64,000 bases of DNA from Malacoraja senta (taxonomy: Eukaryota): the NCBI GenBank assembly GCA_038087875.1, contig CM075998.1, positions 5,830,001 to 5,894,000 of the forward strand, read 5' to 3'. The position numbers and the translations under genes are program-made. How positions within the stretch are numbered: position 1 is the stretch's first letter; every line of letters starts with the position of its first letter. The notes below the pieces were generated by a model that saw only the letters and a program-made list of their open reading frames with translations, was not told the DNA's origin and made no database searches. Shown one piece after another: positions 37,501 through 49,500 of the stretch.

Positions 37501-40500
37501 CAGGCTTATGGCGGGCATCTGGTAAGAAACCACATCAACAAGGACAATGGAACCTAACGAGATGTTTCCCTGTAGCTAGGCGGCAGGAAACATCTGCACT
37601 GGCTACTGTCGGGGTCATATAGTCCGCTCGCCTTGAAAGGAAATTCCATTGCAATCTCCCGTTTACAAATTCCCCCTCTGGTTACCAGTCCTAATAAGGA
37701 GAAGGGAAAACTAGAAGGCCAGGCTTGTTTGGCCTGGTGAAAGCGTTCAAAATGACCAAAGGTTAGATGCGGAGAAAACGTTTCCTGCTGTCGGTGAGAT
37801 CACAACAAGGGCCGTGAATATAATCAATCCAGTCGGCATTTCTGGGGGAAATTCTTTCTGTGGAATGTTTGAGGTGAATGGCGGAAATGGATGAAAGGGG
37901 AAACTGGGTCTGCACGAGGAAGAAAGAAGGAATTGCAGGAAATGCCGATGGGATGCAATGTGGTGGGAGGAAGTTTGTGTGGAGCGTAAATGTCGGGCCA
38001 AATGACCCACTTCTATCTGACTGGATATAAAGAGGAGATCCTTGTGGCTCAGCAGTTAAACGCACAGCGCTGCATTTGCAGGAAGGCCAGCAGGTTTGTG
38101 CTTCACTCGAACAGTGAAAGGCCTGGATAGAGTGGACGTGGAGAGGATGTTTCCACTGGTGGGAGAGTCTAGGACTAGAGGGCCCAGCCTCAGAATTAAA
38201 GGCCCTCAGAATTAAAGGACGTGACTTTCGGAAGGAGATAAGGAGGAATTTCTTTAGCCAGAGGGTGGTGAATCTGTGGAATTCATTGCCACAGACGGCT
38301 GTGGAGGCCAAACCTTTGGGTATTTTTAAGGTGGAGATTGACAGATTGTTGATTAGTGCGGGTGTCAGGGGTTATGGGGAGAAGGCAGGAGAGTGGGGTT
38401 AGGATGGAGAGATAGATCAGCCATGATTGAATGGCGGAGTAGACGATGGGCCGAATGGACTTATGACCTTATGAACATATGAGGAGTAGTAGTGAGGACC
38501 CTGGTCAGAGGTAAAAACCATCCCCGTTTGTTGTACACAGACTTACCTGCGACCCACTATAAACCGGGTGAAAGATTGAGTGGGGAATCTAAAGAGACGG
38601 AGATTCCTCCTCATGCACCTGATGTCATGAAATTGTCAGTCTGTTCTGAAGTCAAAGGAACAGAATAAGTAAGTTCATTCGTCATAGGAACAGAATAAAG
38701 GCCATTCGGCCCATTGAGAATGGGTTCGAGATTTCACTGCACGACCACTGCAGGCAGGTCATTGTTCCCCTGTGGTCAGACTCAGCTCTGGGCTTTCCAG
38801 GCTCAGTGCACTTATCAGCCTGCCTATGAGGAATAACAACTGGCGTGGTGTACCCAGAGGTTGCTTCTATCCCGGGAATCATGCCCTGCCAGCTGGCACT
38901 GCCTTGGAGGGAGGAGGGACAAAAACCCTCTCCCCCGCCCTTCACCATGCAGGGCTCCTGTTAATGGGAGAGTGTGGCAGCATCCTTCTCTACCCACATG
39001 GGAAAGTGCCCAGGAATCGATATCAGCTTCACACTGCGCCCACGATGTACCGCTGAGGAGTAGCAGCAGGAGGGGGGCAGAGGTTTGTCGATGGGGGGTG
39101 GGAGTGTGCTGGGACGGGGGGGGAGGCAGTAGACAGCAATGTTCGGTGAGCCATTGTGTCACACACGTGCCAGGCTGGTGATGGGGCCACATTTCAAACA
39201 CTCCCACCGTGCTTGCAGTGACCGTGTTCTTCAACCCATTTAAGCTGCGCTGGGAGATCTTCCCCATGTGGATGCTGATGAGTTGCTGCCAACTGGTGCA
39301 CAGCGAGTGCTCCAGTCACTTGTGCGGAGAGCAGAGCCGGCGAGGGCAAGGGTGGCGCTGCTCATCATGCTAGGTGCCCACTGCTCAGTGCCCCTCCAGG
39401 AAGCGACTGAGGAATGGTGCCACAGGGAAGGAGGAAGGCTGTGTCCTCTCCTGGGTGAGGCCCAGCCATGCCAACGTGAGACGCTGTCAATGAAATGGAA
39501 GGCCGATTTCATGGGGTCTTTGCAGTTCACTGGAAAGACATTGCTGATATCAGCTGGCTCGGTGCCCAGGGGTGGATCCAAGCAAAGTAGACAAAGCAGC
39601 AGCAGAGGAGTCTACAATACTTCCGCTTTTCAAAACGGAAGCAGACCACAACCTAACATGTGAACTTCATAAGTTCATGTCATAGGAGCAGAATTAGGCC
39701 ATTCGGCCCATCGAGCCTACTCCGCCATTCAATCATGGCTGATCTATTTTTTCCGCTTAACCCCATTCTCCTGCCTTCTCCCCATAACACTGGACACCCA
39801 TACTAATCAACAATCTATCAATCTCCACTTAAAAGCACCCATTGACCCATTCCACAGATTCACCACCCTATTGCTGAAGGAATTCCTCCCAAACTGGGTG
39901 ACATTTCGGGTTGAGAAGTCTGAAAGAGGGTCTCGACCAAAACGGAATCTGAAGAAGGGTCTCGCCCCGAAACGTCACCCATTCCTTCTCTCCAGAGATG
40001 CTGCCTGTCCCGCTGAGTTACTCCAGCATTTTGTGTTTACATACCTGTTATGCTGCTGCAAATATACATTTCATTGTTCCGTTTTGGGACATATGACAGT
40101 AAAACACTCTTTACTCTTGATTGACCACTTTACCAAGCCAGCCTATGGCCTCTCCTCAGTGGAGACACAAGACTGCAGGAGGAACACTCTTCAGGCCCAG
40201 CAGCATCTGTCATGGCAGGGAGCATTCAACTTTTCACCAAGACTGATGCAAGCTTTAGGCCGGAAACATTGAGCATTCCTTTACATCCACGGATAGTGTG
40301 GCAGAGCAGATCGTTGGACTGCAATGAAGTCTGCACAACCCTGCCTCCAGAAATCAATTGATTGAATTGATCGAAAGATACAGCACGGCGACAGGCCCTC
40401 CGGCCCACCGAGTCCACGCCGACCATCGATCATCCGTTCACACAAGTTCTGTGTTATTCCACGTTTGCATCGATTCCTTACACACTAGGGACAATTTACA

Positions 40501-43500
40501 GAGGTCAATTCGTTCAGTTTAGTTTAGAGATACATCATGGAAACAGGCCGTTCGGCCCACCGAGTCCACGCTCGCCAGCGATCCCCGCACACCAGTTCTA
40601 TCCTGCACACACTAGGGACAGTTTAACAAAAGCCAATTAACCTACAAGCTTGCACGTGTTTGGAATGTGGGCGGAAACCGGAGCGCCCGGAGAAAACCCA
40701 CGCGGTCACGGGGAGAACGTACAAACTCCGTAAAGACAGCACCCATACTCAGGATGGAACCTGGGTATCCGGCGCTGTGAGGCAGCAACTCTACCACCAT
40801 GCCACACCAAATCTCCGCTAATCCTTGCCATGTGGCTCACACAGACTCGCGTGTGCTCAGTGCTGCTCACGTTACATTTGTAAGGGGGCTCACTGCAGAC
40901 CATTTTGCTCCTTAACCTGAAGAACAGGGAGATGTAGACTAAGTGTACATGGAGTACTGAAGCCACCTTGCAGCTTCAGTGCTGGGCAGGACTGCCAATT
41001 GATCCATTGATTGACACTTTATTATCACATGTGACATGCCACAGTTTTTGCTTTGCGTCCCATGACACGGTCTGCAATGAGTCGACAAGGCTACAAAGTA
41101 TTCAACGCAGTCCCTAATGGTCCCTCTTTATTCTCATCGGCGGCCTCCCCACGCCGGCTCCTTCTTTGTTCTTGGTGGCACGGTCTCGTCCGAACTCCGG
41201 CACCCACCGCGGGTCCGTCCTCGCCCGCCCGCCACCGGCTCCTTTCTTGGGCGGCTCATTGGGAACTTCTGATGGCCCCCCTCCAACAGCCCCCCTCTCT
41301 CTCTCCGAAGGCCCCCCCCTCACTCCCACGCCGCCCCCCCCCCTCACTCCCATGCCCCCCCCCCCCCTCACTCTCCGTCGACCCAACCCGCCCTCACGAC
41401 GCTGGTCCCGTCCCGGAGCATTCCCAGCAAGCAGCAACCAGGAGTGCAGCACCGCAGGTCACGTGAAGCTGTCCGCAGTTGCATTTGCAGCTGCTGCATG
41501 CACAAGTCTCTCAGTCGTGGCCAGTCATGCATCGTCCTGGCTCTCTCATGCAGCTGGGTGGGGGGTGTGCAGAGCTGGAGACTTTGAGTCCAATGAGCCT
41601 GACTCTCCGATGAGCATCCCCGCCTGCGTGACAGCGCTATTATTGTGTTAAAGCCAACATTGTTTTCCTTTCCCATTCTGGGCCACTGGGTTTGGGAGAC
41701 GCCAATGCCCTTTTTTTTGGGAGACTCCAATGCCCTTTTTGATTTTGTTTCAAATGAGTGTTAAGGCCCTGTCCCACTTTCCCGAGTTACTCACGAACTC
41801 TCCCGAGTTTCCCCTTGATTTCGAACGCGGGAAATGTCGGTAGCGAGTCCGTAGGAGGCCGTAGGAGTCCGTAGATGTTTCGTAGCGGCTCGTAATGCCA
41901 GCCGTAGGAACGCGGGGCATCAGGTAAGTCAGGACGTTTTTTCAACATGTTGAAAAATGTCCACGAGTAAAAAAAAAGAGCCCCGAGTACCCACGAATGG
42001 CTATTACCGTAATTCTCCGAGTTCGAATCAAGGGGAAAACTCGGGAGAGTTCGTGAGTAACTCGGGGAAGTGGGACAGGGCCTTTAAGGGGCAGAGACAG
42101 GAATAGGAATGGGGCCACAGATAAGCCATAATCTCATTCAATGGCCAAACAAGTTCGAGGCTGTCAGTGGCCTGTACCTGTCTGCAACTGAATGCTTCCC
42201 AAGGATGTCGGAGGTGGGAGTAAGGGACCGTGGAATTATCCCCCTTAACTCTTAACTCTTCCGACCAGCTTTTCCAGGGCTGATCCCAGTCTTGAAAGAT
42301 CCCCGGCAAAGTGGATTTACAGCCAACACATCCATCGACAGCAGAGAGGTTGGGATGGAGACTGGGTGCTGCCGGTGACCGCAGTGGATGGTCAAAGCTA
42401 CGGCTACTTGCAGAACTCCTGCTGGCAATGAAAGGGCAGATTACGGAGCACTTGGAAAATCCGGAACGATGCTCCATGTTGCACACTGCTCCATGGTAGA
42501 CAGGGGGAGGAATGAGTCTGGAGTCACTCTCTGGATTCCCTGTGATGGATATTACTGTCGAGCCAAGCATGATCCTGTGGTTGCGTGGTATCTGAGCAAT
42601 GACCTTGCCTCACTCCTCTGCCAAGCCAAGGCGCAATTTGCAAAGCAGAGATGTGGACTCGTGGCCTCCTCTAACTTCATCTACTGCCTCTGCTGTTCCT
42701 CATGTGGCCTCCTGTACATCGGCGAGACCAAGCGTAGACCCACCGACCGTTTCACTTCACATTTGCGCTCGGTTCGCCAAGACCTGCTGGATCTCCCGGT
42801 TTTTTCAGCACTTTAACTCCGCCTCCCATTCCCACACTGACCTTTCTGTCCTGGACCTCCTCCATTGCAGAGTGAGGATAGATGCAAACTGGAGGAACAG
42901 CATCTCATGTTCCACTTGGGCAGCTTACACCCCAGCAATATGAATATTGACCTCCAATTTTAGGTCACTTCTACAAACACTCCCCACGCCTCCTCCGCCC
43001 ACTCTCCGCCCCCTCATTTCAGCCAGTTCCTCAGTTCATGTAACCCTCTAACCGCCCTGAGCCAACAATCAGCCTATCAGGGAACCTCTCTGCCTGAGGT
43101 CATCTGTTGCCAGCCTCGATTTGTCCTGGTTTTTTCTCACTTCCAGATCCACCCCACCCCCCCTCCCTCCACTCCAATCTGTCTGAAGAAGAGTCCCGAC
43201 CCAAAGCGTCACCTGTCCATGTTCTCCACAGGTGCTGCCTGACCCGCTGAGTTACTCAAGCACTCTGAAACGTCACCTATCCATGTTCTCCACAGATGCT
43301 GCCTGACCCGCTGAGTTACTCCAGCACTCTGTGAAACGTCACCTATCCATGTTCTCCACAGATGCTGCCTGACCCGCTGAGTTACTCCAGCACTCTGTGA
43401 AACGTCACCTATCCAGGTTCTCCACAGATGCTGCCTGACCCGCTGAGTTACTCCAGCACACTGTGAAACGTCACCTATCCATGTTCTCCACAGATGCTGC

Positions 43501-46500
43501 CTGACCCGCTGAGTTACTCCAGCACTCTGTGAAACGTCACCTATCCAGGTTCTCCACAGATGCTGCCTGACCCGCTGAGTTACTCCAGCACTCTGTGAAA
43601 CGTCACCTATCCATGTTCTCCACAGATGCTGCCTGACCCGCTGAGTTACTCCATCACTTGGTATCTGTCTTCTGCCTTCAATTGTGTATTGAAGAGCCCG
43701 CACAGATTCCAGCGTACATCCACACAGCATCTTCTCAGCTCCCATAGAATGTCACCTGCAAAACATCCAAGACTGAGCATCGCAGGTCTGAAATGAAGCA
43801 ATGCTACTAGCTGCAGCGCGCTTTACCAGTGATTTGCTGCTGGATTAGGACATGCCTGTTGCCGTTGAATCTTAGGAAGTGAGGGCAGGTTAGGAATCCA
43901 CAGTGTTAACGATGATATGTCCCTGGTTGTTTATCTTCTAATTGACAATGTTTTTTTCTGTCCCACAGTATTGATGTCAGGGCCTGCTTCTGTTATAGAT
44001 CGAAGCCTGAATCCTACAACCCCAGGATTGGTAAGTTCAACAGCAGAATGGCCCGCGCCATCCATGTAGTGTTTCAAACAAAATGGGGTAATGGGGATTT
44101 CATGAAGCATTAACTTGTGTGGAAATCCACGTGCCAAATGGGAACAGGCAAAGGACTGAGCAGGTGCCCAGTACCAGGGTTCTCTATGGGGTGCGGAACG
44201 CCGAAGGTTTGCCATTGAAAAAATGTTGTTGAGGTCAATTTCTCTACACCTCTCTGGGCATTGCAGCAGTGAGTGTTACAGGGAAGGAAAGAACATGGCC
44301 ATGTAGAAATCAGTAGTGTCTCATAAAATGTTCAAACATTCTGTACATGGTGCAGATTCCTGTGAAGCGCTGTAATGGTTGTTAAGTTGGCAAAGGCAGC
44401 AGCAATTTTTTGCGCATGGCAAAACTCTTGCTAACAGCAATAAGTTAAACGTCTGGTTGATCTATTTTGTGTGAAGGACAAGGGGCTGGCGCAAAAGAAA
44501 GATCCTTGGCTTATCATCTCTTTTCTAGTAACGCAGCGCACTTTCTGAGCAGACTCTGTGCATGTATTCTGTCGAATGGCTTTGAGCTGACATCATTCTG
44601 ACTCCACGGCAAGTTTGCTGGCAACTGGGCCAAGCCTGCACTTGTCGAGGAACCATGTGTTGCTGGCGGCATTACCAGGTCCCGCTGACTGCCCATGGAG
44701 CAGTTGTGAAGTGGCGGAAAGGAACTCAAAACTTTGCCTGCCATTTGCACACCTCTGCTAGGGCTATCAGGCTGCAGGGTCTCTCTGAGGAGCAGTGCTT
44801 TACGGAGGTGTGGCACGGTGGCCAGGCTTTGCCATCTACTCTGGGCACAGCTGGCAGTGTCGAGCAGTTACATCCCGTAGGACAGAATCCTGCATCCTCG
44901 TGGAGCTGGTCTGGTGGAGCAACCACGAGGATATTGTAACTGTGTATTGCACCTCCTCTGCTTAATGGAAGCTTGCCTATGGGGCTCTGCCGCTTGGCAC
45001 CCTACCTGGCAGCCTCTTATGGGAAATGGGTCACTCCTTCCAGAGGGCAGTGCCCTCCTTCATAATGCCAGCAACTGCATTCAGTGAGCAGTGTGTGAGG
45101 GAACAATGTGCCATTGTACACCTGAGTGTGGCGTTCAGCCTGTGCCTTCCCTGAGTTATTCCCTTAGTCATCCTCCTGCAGCTTCTCACCTCTCAAAGCA
45201 CGCAACGTGCGCCAATGTTACATGACCTATTGCAGGCAAAGGCAGGCGCCATTCCGCGCAAAGCAAGATCCCACGAAAGTGGCGGCAAGGTGCATTTTTG
45301 ATGATGAGGAGGGAACGAGACCTACCCATTCTTAGCTGCGCAATTAGCGTGGAATTTTTAGCATCCGCCTAAACCAGTGCGGCTTTGGTGCTTGAACCGA
45401 CAGGCCTCTTGCGTAGAGGCGAGAGCGCCAAGCGGGCAGATTTTCCATATTGGCAAGAATTGATTCAAGATGCCGCTAACGGTAACGTTTCTGCCGTTCC
45501 CTGCCTGGAACGCGAGTGGGAAAGTGGGTGGCAAAATCATATCCAATCCCTTCCCCAACCATGCTTGATTGAGGTAGGATTACCCTTGTGTAGGAAGCAA
45601 CTGTAGATGCTGGTTTACACTGAAGATTGACACAAAGTGTTGTAGTAACTCAGCGGGTCAGGCAGCATCTGTGGAGAACATGGATAGGTGACGTTTCACA
45701 GAGTGCTGGAGTAACTCAGCGGGGCAGGCAGCATCTGTGGAGAACATGGATAGATGTCGTTTCACAGAGTGCTGGAGTAACTCAGCGGGTCAGGCAGCAT
45801 CTGTGGAGAACATGGATAGGTGACGTTTCACAAAGTGCTGGAGTAACTCAGCGGGTCAGGCAGCATCTGTGGAGAACATGGATAGGTGACGTTTCACAGA
45901 GTGCTGGAGTAACTCAGCGGGTCAGGCAGCATCTGTGGAGAACATGGATAGGTGACGTTTCACAGAGTGCTGGAGTAACTCAGCGGGTCAGGCAGCATAT
46001 GTGGAGAACATGGATAGGTGACGTTTCACAGAGTGCTGGAGTAACTCAGCGGGTCAGGCAGCATCTCTGGAGAACATGGACAGGTGACGTTTCGGGCCTG
46101 GAGACTCTCAGTCTGAAGAAGGGTCTCGATCCGAAATGTCACCTATTCCTTTTGACCCACTGAGATACTCCGGCATTTTGCGTCTATCTTTGGATTACCC
46201 TTGATTCATTGTAGGTTATCTTTTATGTGCAAACAACTTTTGACGCTTTGTTGTTTTAATAAACAGTTCAATTTTGTAAAACATACTTAGCTTGGGTGTT
46301 GAAGGAGTGTGAGCATCACCCATGGTTTTGGTGAGGGGTGCCTCTGGTGAAGCCGATCCAGAGGTGACTGATGAACACGTGTCCAGTGGTGTATTGTTGT
46401 GGCAGTCGTTGAGGTACATACGTTGAACCGTGTGCTTGCCTTTGTTGCTTGCAGTTCTCGGCTTCGCAATTGAGGCCGACTCGCCGGAGGTCGAAGGTCA

Positions 46501-49500
46501 GACGAGGAGGCCCCCCCGCGTGACCTTTCTGAAAAGGAGTCCTAGCGATGCGGAGAACCAATACACCGGTGAAGTGGTCCTCAGGAGGCAGTCACAGTCC
46601 AACTGTGTCAACGTCACCATGAAGCTGCAGGTAAGGCAGAAAGCTGAAGGTGGCACTGGCCAGGTGGCATAGAGGTATGCTCGGGGGCATGAACACAGTG
46701 GGTGGTATAGGCGTGGGAGAGGAGTGCCAGGGTATGGGTACAGTGGGTGTATGGGCGTGGGGGAGCAGTACTGGGGTAAAGTGGGTGGTATAGGCGTGGC
46801 GGAGCAGTACTGGGGTACAGTGAGTGTATGGGCGTGGGGGAGCTGTACTGGGGTACAGTGGGTGGTATAGGTGTGGCGGAGCAGTACTGGGGTACAGTGG
46901 GTGTATGGGCGTGGGGGAGCAGTACTGGGGTACCGTGGGTGTACGGGCGTGGGGGAGCAGTACTGGGGTACCGTGGGTGTACGGGCGTGGGGGAGCAGTA
47001 CTGGGGTACAGTGAGTGTATGGGCGTGGGGGAGCAGTACTGGGGTACCGTGGGTGTACGGGCGTGGGGGAGCAGTACTGGGGTACAGTGGGTGTATGGGC
47101 GTGGGGGAGCAGTACTGGGGTACAGTGGGTGGTATAGGCGTGGGGAGCAGTACTGGGGTACAGTGGGTGTACGGGCGTGGCGGAGGAGTACTGCACTGAC
47201 TGCAGGCATGGACAGGCATTGGAAGAGGGAAGCTGCTGATTACTATTGCTTGGGCTCACAGGAGAACATCAGAGACAAGCTGCGACACATCCCAGTCACG
47301 TTGACTTACTTGATCAAGGATGCCAAACGCACGAGGAAGCAGGCTGACAGGCAGCTGGCGCACTTGATGCCTGTCTTAAATGCTCATGTTTCTCGCACAT
47401 GGCGGCAAGAGGTGGGTGCACCTGTATCTTCTGCACTGGAGCTGCACAAGGCTGCCAGTGGGATTTCAGAATGTAAATGCAGTGGGTTGACTCGGATTTG
47501 TTCATGAGGGCAATGTGATGGTAGAGTCCCGGATGGGATCTCAAGACTTTCTCGAATCCCACCATGCCGATGGGGGGAGTTCAAATTATTAATTAAATAA
47601 ATTTATCAATATATAACCATATAACCATTACAGCATTTTTTTTTTAAACTTCCCCCTAGTCCCATCTACCTGCACTCAGACCATAACCCTCCATTCCTTT
47701 CCCGTCCATATACCCATCCAATCTATTTTTAAAGGATAACATCGAACCTGCCTCCACCACTTCCACTGGAAGCTCATTCCACACAGCTACCACTCTCTGA
47801 GTAAAGAAGTTCCCCCTAATGTTACCCCTAAACTTCTGTCCCTTAATTCTCAAGTCATGTCCCCTTGTTTGAATCTTCCCTACTCTCAATGGGAAAAGCT
47901 TATCCACGTCCACTCTGTCTAAACCGCTCATAATTTTAAAGACCTCTATCAAGTCCCCTCTTAACCTTCTGCGCTCCAAAGAATAAAGACCTAACTTGTT
48001 CAACCTTTCTCTGTAACTTAGTTGCTGAAACCCAGGCAACATTCTAGTAAATCTCCTCTGTACTCTCTCTATTTTGTTGACATCCTTCCTATAATTAGGT
48101 GACCAAAATTGTACTCCATACTCCAGAATTAGCCTCACCAATGCCTTGTACAATTTTAACATTACATCCCAACTTCTATATTCAATGTTCTGATTTATAA
48201 AGGCCAGCACACCAAAAGCTTTCTTTACCACCCGATCTACATGAGATTCCACCTTCAGGGAACTATGCACAGTTATTCCTAGATCCCTCTGTTCAACTGC
48301 ATTCCTCAATTCGCTACCATTTACCATGTACGTCCTATTTTGATTTGTCCTGCCGAGATGTAGCACCTCACATTTATCAGCATTAAACTCCATCTGCCAT
48401 CTTTCAGCCCACTTCCAAATGGCCTAAATCTCTCTGTAGACTTTGAAAATATACTTCATTATCCACAACACCACCTATCTTAGTATCATCTGCATACTTA
48501 CTAATCCAATTTACCACACCATCATCCAGATCATTGATGTACACGACAAACAACAGTGGACCCAACACAGACCCTGAGGCACCCCACTAGTCATCGGCCT
48601 CCAACCTGACAAACAGCCATCCACCATTACTCTCTGGCATCTCCCATTCAGCCACTGTGAATCCATCTTGCTACTCACCATTAATACCCAACAATTTAAT
48701 CTTAACCAACCTTCCATGCGGTTTATATTTACATTTATATTTTCGGGTGACACGGTGACACAGCAGTAGAGTTGCTGCCTCGGTGCCAGAAACCCAGGTT
48801 CCATCCCGCCTACGGGTGCTGTCTGTACGGAGTTTGTACGTTCTCCCTGTGACCTGCCGTGGGTTTTCTCCAGGTGCTCTGGTTTCCTCCCACACTCCAA
48901 AGACGTACAGGTTTGTAGGTTAATTGCTTGGTATAATTGTAAATTGTCCCTCGTGTGTGTGGGATAGAGTTAGTGTGCGGGGATCGCTGGACGGCATGGA
49001 CTCAGTGGCCGAAGGGTCTGCTCCTGTGCTGTATCTCTAAACTAAACTAAACTAAACTCCAGTGATGATTATTGTGAAAATACCAGATCCGTGATCGATG
49101 GTACGGCATGGACTCGGTGGGCCGAAGGCCTGTTTCCATGTTACAACTCTAAACTCTTGTCTGCTTCACCAAAGTCCTTCTGAGGAGCAAACCCGCCACC
49201 CACATCTGGTCTGGCCTGTGTTCGTTTTTAAATGCTCTCTGAAATATCCCAGCAAGCCACTTCCTTCAAGGCGATTTGAGGTTGATTAAAAACTGCTAGC
49301 CTTCTGTGTCCATATACATGGGCTAATAACCGAGCTATCCCTGCGGCCACTCGCCCCAAGTAGTTTGAAGAGATCGATTGATTGATGTGTAGCAAGGAAC
49401 TGCAGATGCTGGTTCAAACCGAAGATAGACACGAAAAGCTGGAGTAACTCAGCGGGACAGGCAGTATCTCTGGAGAGAAGGAATGGGTGACGTTTTCGGG

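Noticed and set aside
38700..39600. Possible degraded Tx1-like LINE or second gene on the minus strand
   Set aside because: Only faint similarity by eye, and no consistent frame or splice sites, so it cannot be supported without a profile search.
46498..47507. Long Pro/Thr/His- and Gly-rich ORFs
   Set aside because: Translations of the minisatellite; only the flanking exon portions are coding.
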